From a virus (taxonomy: Duplodnaviria; Caudoviricetes), in the IMG/VR virus record IMGVR_UViG_3300005805_000196, positions 1 through 39,184 of that record: a stretch of DNA of 39,184 nt; one strand, given 5' to 3'. A model generated the notes under the pieces. It was given only the letters and a program-made list of their open reading frames with translations. It was not told the origin of the DNA and ran no database searches. Shown here in pieces: positions 36,849-39,184 of this stretch. Every line of letters starts with the position of its first letter. Position 1 is the first letter of the stretch. The position numbers were made by a program, and so were the translations under genes.

Positions 36849-37654
36849 TAGATCCAGGCGTCCCAGAAAATCTCTCTGTTGTATTGCTGATAAAGATCAA
36901 GACCCAAATACTCAACACAATTGATAGTTGTTTTCTCAAGCTTAGGCTTAATCTTGTGAAGATTCTTGAATCCAATAGCAACATCATTATACACTTCTGA
37001 TTGTTCAATATGTCCAAAGTTATGTTCAAAAGCAGGAAGCTCAAAGAAGTCATAGATTCTCTTTGTCTGAGACTTTGGGCTATTACAGAATCTAGAATAG
37101 TCAACAAAAAGAAGTCTGTCAAGATACCCCATGATGATTGCATCTTTCATATGAGCATGCGCAAGACCCATAGGACCGTTAGGGCCTGCATAGAAATAGG
37201 CTCTTGATGAAATAGTTGAAGCTTCTCTCAACGATTGATCTGGTAGCGAGAAGAAGTCTGGGTTGCTCTTTCTTAGCTTTTCAAACGATGCAAGAATCTC
37301 GGCTGGATTTCTGACAAGGCATAGAATTTTCACTTTTCTTTGCATTGTGTTTTCCAATAGACCAATCTGTGAGATCCATTGACGATCTTTGTCAAAAACA
37401 ATTGGTTTGTCGATGTGTTTATAGTACCCATCCAGCACACTAGAAAGGACACCTTGTTTTGCCTGATCGTTAGGATACTCTTTGTTCATGTCAAAACTAT
37501 TCCAGTTTGCATGAATGGAGCCAACAAGAGACGAAAGAGAAGAAACCGCTTCCGAATGAATATCTGGATTCTGTTTGAGAATGTTGCAGATCATAGTAGA
37601 GCCAGAACGAGGTAGTCCAGCTATAAAGTGTAACGATTTCATTTTATACAGCAC
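36848..37654 (-). CDS. Sulfotransferase
   Basis: 5'-PSB GLPRSGST and 3'-PB VRNP...LAS. Confidence 0.88.
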   Translation of the reverse strand: MLYKMKSLHFIAGLPRSGSTMICNILKQNPDIHSEAVSSLSSLVGSIHANWNSFDMNKEYPNDQAKQGVLSSVLDGYYKHIDKPIVFDKDRQWISQIGLLENTMQRKVKILCLVRNPAEILASFEKLRKSNPDFFSLPDQSLREASTISSRAYFYAGPNGPMGLAHAHMKDAIIMGYLDRLLFVDYSRFCNSPKSQTKRIYDFFELPAFEHNFGHIEQSEVYNDVAIGFKNLHKIKPKLEKTTINCVEYLGLDLYQQYNREIFWDAWI

Positions 37655-38684
37655 CTTTCAAATCAAAATGTTCAATGAGATCGGATTCTAATTTCTTGAA
37701 TGTAGAGGTCCAATCACCAAACTGTTCTTGTCTATATATGCGAGTTGTTTTTTGATACCAAGGACTATGATCTCCACCGTAGGCCCAAACGTGATAGGGC
37801 AGTATCGGAACAATTACCCAAGTAGGCTTGCCCATAGCGGAAGCAAGGTGAGCGATAGATGTGCATGATGTAATGATCAAATCTAGATTTTCAAAAGCAG
37901 CTGCAGTATCTTCCCACGATAACATAAGGTGTTGAAGATCAGAAATTTCTTCTGGCAGTTCTCTTGTATCGGTGTCTCGCTGAAGACTGTAGAATTTAAG
38001 TTTATCATACTTATGCAAATTGATTAAAGGTTCGGGTGGAAAAATTCTAAACTGTTGATGTTCAAACAGAGGACTGCCGCTCCATCTGATACCAATTTTA
38101 GGCTTGTCTGAGTTGAGGATTGATTTCCAAATAGGAACGCTCAAAGGATTTGCAAAAATATACGGATTGTTTGGAACAGTATCAAATGTGTGACCAAAGA
38201 TCCAGCTGCAGCTAAATCCTGGAATCCAATAATCGTGTTTTGTTGTTCTCACTTCATTTACAGTAACGCATTTTGATACACCTGGAATGCGAGAAAACAA
38301 TGAATGAAGGCGAGCATCACACGACATAATGCAAGTGCCTTCACGCTTGACAACTTCAGAGGCAAATCTAGCATAGATCATCTGATCTCCAAAACCACCT
38401 TCCATGTTGAGAATGATAGTTTTGTCTTTCATTGTATGAACTTGTGGATTCCAAATTGGCTTATCAGTTGGAATCTTGCTGTCGCCATAGACTCTAAGAA
38501 ATCTACCTGCTTCTAGACTCTGAAAGCCTGCTTGCAAATCTCCTTGATTAATTAGGAACCATCCACGATTGAATTTGTGTTTTAGATCGTTCGGATCTTT
38601 TTGTTCCATTAGCTGGGATATATTCCAAGCTTCTTCAAAACGACCGCGAATCATTAGATTCAATTGTTGATCAATTAGATGCAT
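37644..38684 (-). CDS. GT-B glycosyltransferase with short TPR-like N-terminus
   Basis: EGGFGDQ...ARF, IGIRWSG, DLIITSCTSIAHLASAMGKPTW. Confidence 0.85.
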   Translation of the reverse strand: MHLIDQQLNLMIRGRFEEAWNISQLMEQKDPNDLKHKFNRGWFLINQGDLQAGFQSLEAGRFLRVYGDSKIPTDKPIWNPQVHTMKDKTIILNMEGGFGDQMIYARFASEVVKREGTCIMSCDARLHSLFSRIPGVSKCVTVNEVRTTKHDYWIPGFSCSWIFGHTFDTVPNNPYIFANPLSVPIWKSILNSDKPKIGIRWSGSPLFEHQQFRIFPPEPLINLHKYDKLKFYSLQRDTDTRELPEEISDLQHLMLSWEDTAAAFENLDLIITSCTSIAHLASAMGKPTWVIVPILPYHVWAYGGDHSPWYQKTTRIYRQEQFGDWTSTFKKLESDLIEHFDLKGAV

Positions 38685-38718
38685 GTTTTCACCCTTGTTG
38701 ATAATATACGAGATATTG

Positions 38719-39183
38719 TTAGAAGATAGCCAATCCTACATATCTACCCATTTCTACCTTTGTAAAATTATTTGAGCTAATTAAAACAGGAGAGCTAACA
38801 CCATCAAGATCAATTCTTGCACCCTGTCCTACCCTACGGCCCTGCGCGGCGTTGAGCCCCCACACAAAAAGATGACCACTATGATTTAATCCCGCACTAG
38901 TGAAAAACCCACATGATATAGCAGTCCAGCTAGAAGATCCTATTTGAACGGGCGAACTTCTATTAATTACTGTACCATCACCAAGCATTCCTTGACTATT
39001 TAGACCCCATGCAAACAAAGTACCTCCGGATCTTATTGCACTGGTGTGATACAAACCAGCAGATATAGCAGTCCAGCTAGAAGAGCCAATTTGTACAGGA
39101 GAATTTCTACTAATTTCAGTATTATCACCCAAACGACCAAAATTATTAAATCCCCATGTAAATAAAGTACCTCCGGATCTAAT
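38719..39183 (-). CDS. RCC1-repeat beta-propeller protein, 3' part (open to the window edge)
   Basis: 49-aa repeats LF.WG.N..G.LGD.T...R.SPVQIGSSSWTAIS. Confidence 0.9.
   Translation of the reverse strand: MRSGGTLFTWGFNNFGRLGDNTEISRNSPVQIGSSSWTAISAGLYHTSAIRSGGTLFAWGLNSQGMLGDGTVINRSSPVQIGSSSWTAISCGFFTSAGLNHSGHLFVWGLNAAQGRRVGQGARIDLDGVSSPVLISSNNFTKVEMGRYVGLAIF
38915..39180. repeat. 147-bp-period coding repeat (RCC1 blades)
   Basis: gatatagcagtccagctagaaga at 38915 and 39062; aaagtacctccggatct at 39017 and 39164. Confidence 0.85.
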
Positions 39184-39184
39184 T

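Noticed and set aside
38719-39184. DGR template/variable repeat or CRISPR array
   Set aside because: The repeats are in-frame 147-bp RCC1 blades, with no reverse transcriptase or cas genes and no spacer pattern in the window.

Overview
A 39-kb piece of a T4-like myovirus genome, with a gene order resembling cyanophage- or phiM12-type phages rather than coli T4. Nearly all genes are on the minus strand. In transcription order (right to left): (1) the 3' end of an RCC1-repeat gene and a glyco/sulfo/methyl/hydroxylase tailoring cluster; (2) the virion module gp13-14-15-16-17-18-19-20-(67)-(68)-21-22-23-3, with an Ala-initiated class-3 LAGLIDADG intein in gp17; (3) uvsY-uvsW-gp55-gp47-gp46, an FkbM methyltransferase and peptide deformylase; (4) a 7-deazaguanine DNA-modification cluster (queE, queD, folE, a second T-fold DpdL-like gene, a TGT-fold DpdA-like gene, DUF3310, dUTPase and a glycosyltransferase, with no queC in the window); (5) gp45-gp44-gp62-regA; (6) small early-type genes and one antisense PagP-like barrel gene; (7) an array of 13 tRNAs interspersed with two tRNA-like and about five other structured RNAs. 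The most striking element is unannotated and lies just upstream of the tRNA array: a promoter, a leaderless 29-codon ORF, and mutually exclusive antiterminator/terminator hairpins. This is a candidate ribosome-sensing attenuator that would switch on phage tRNA transcription when translation stalls. All calls come from manual motif reading and hand folding; no database search was run.
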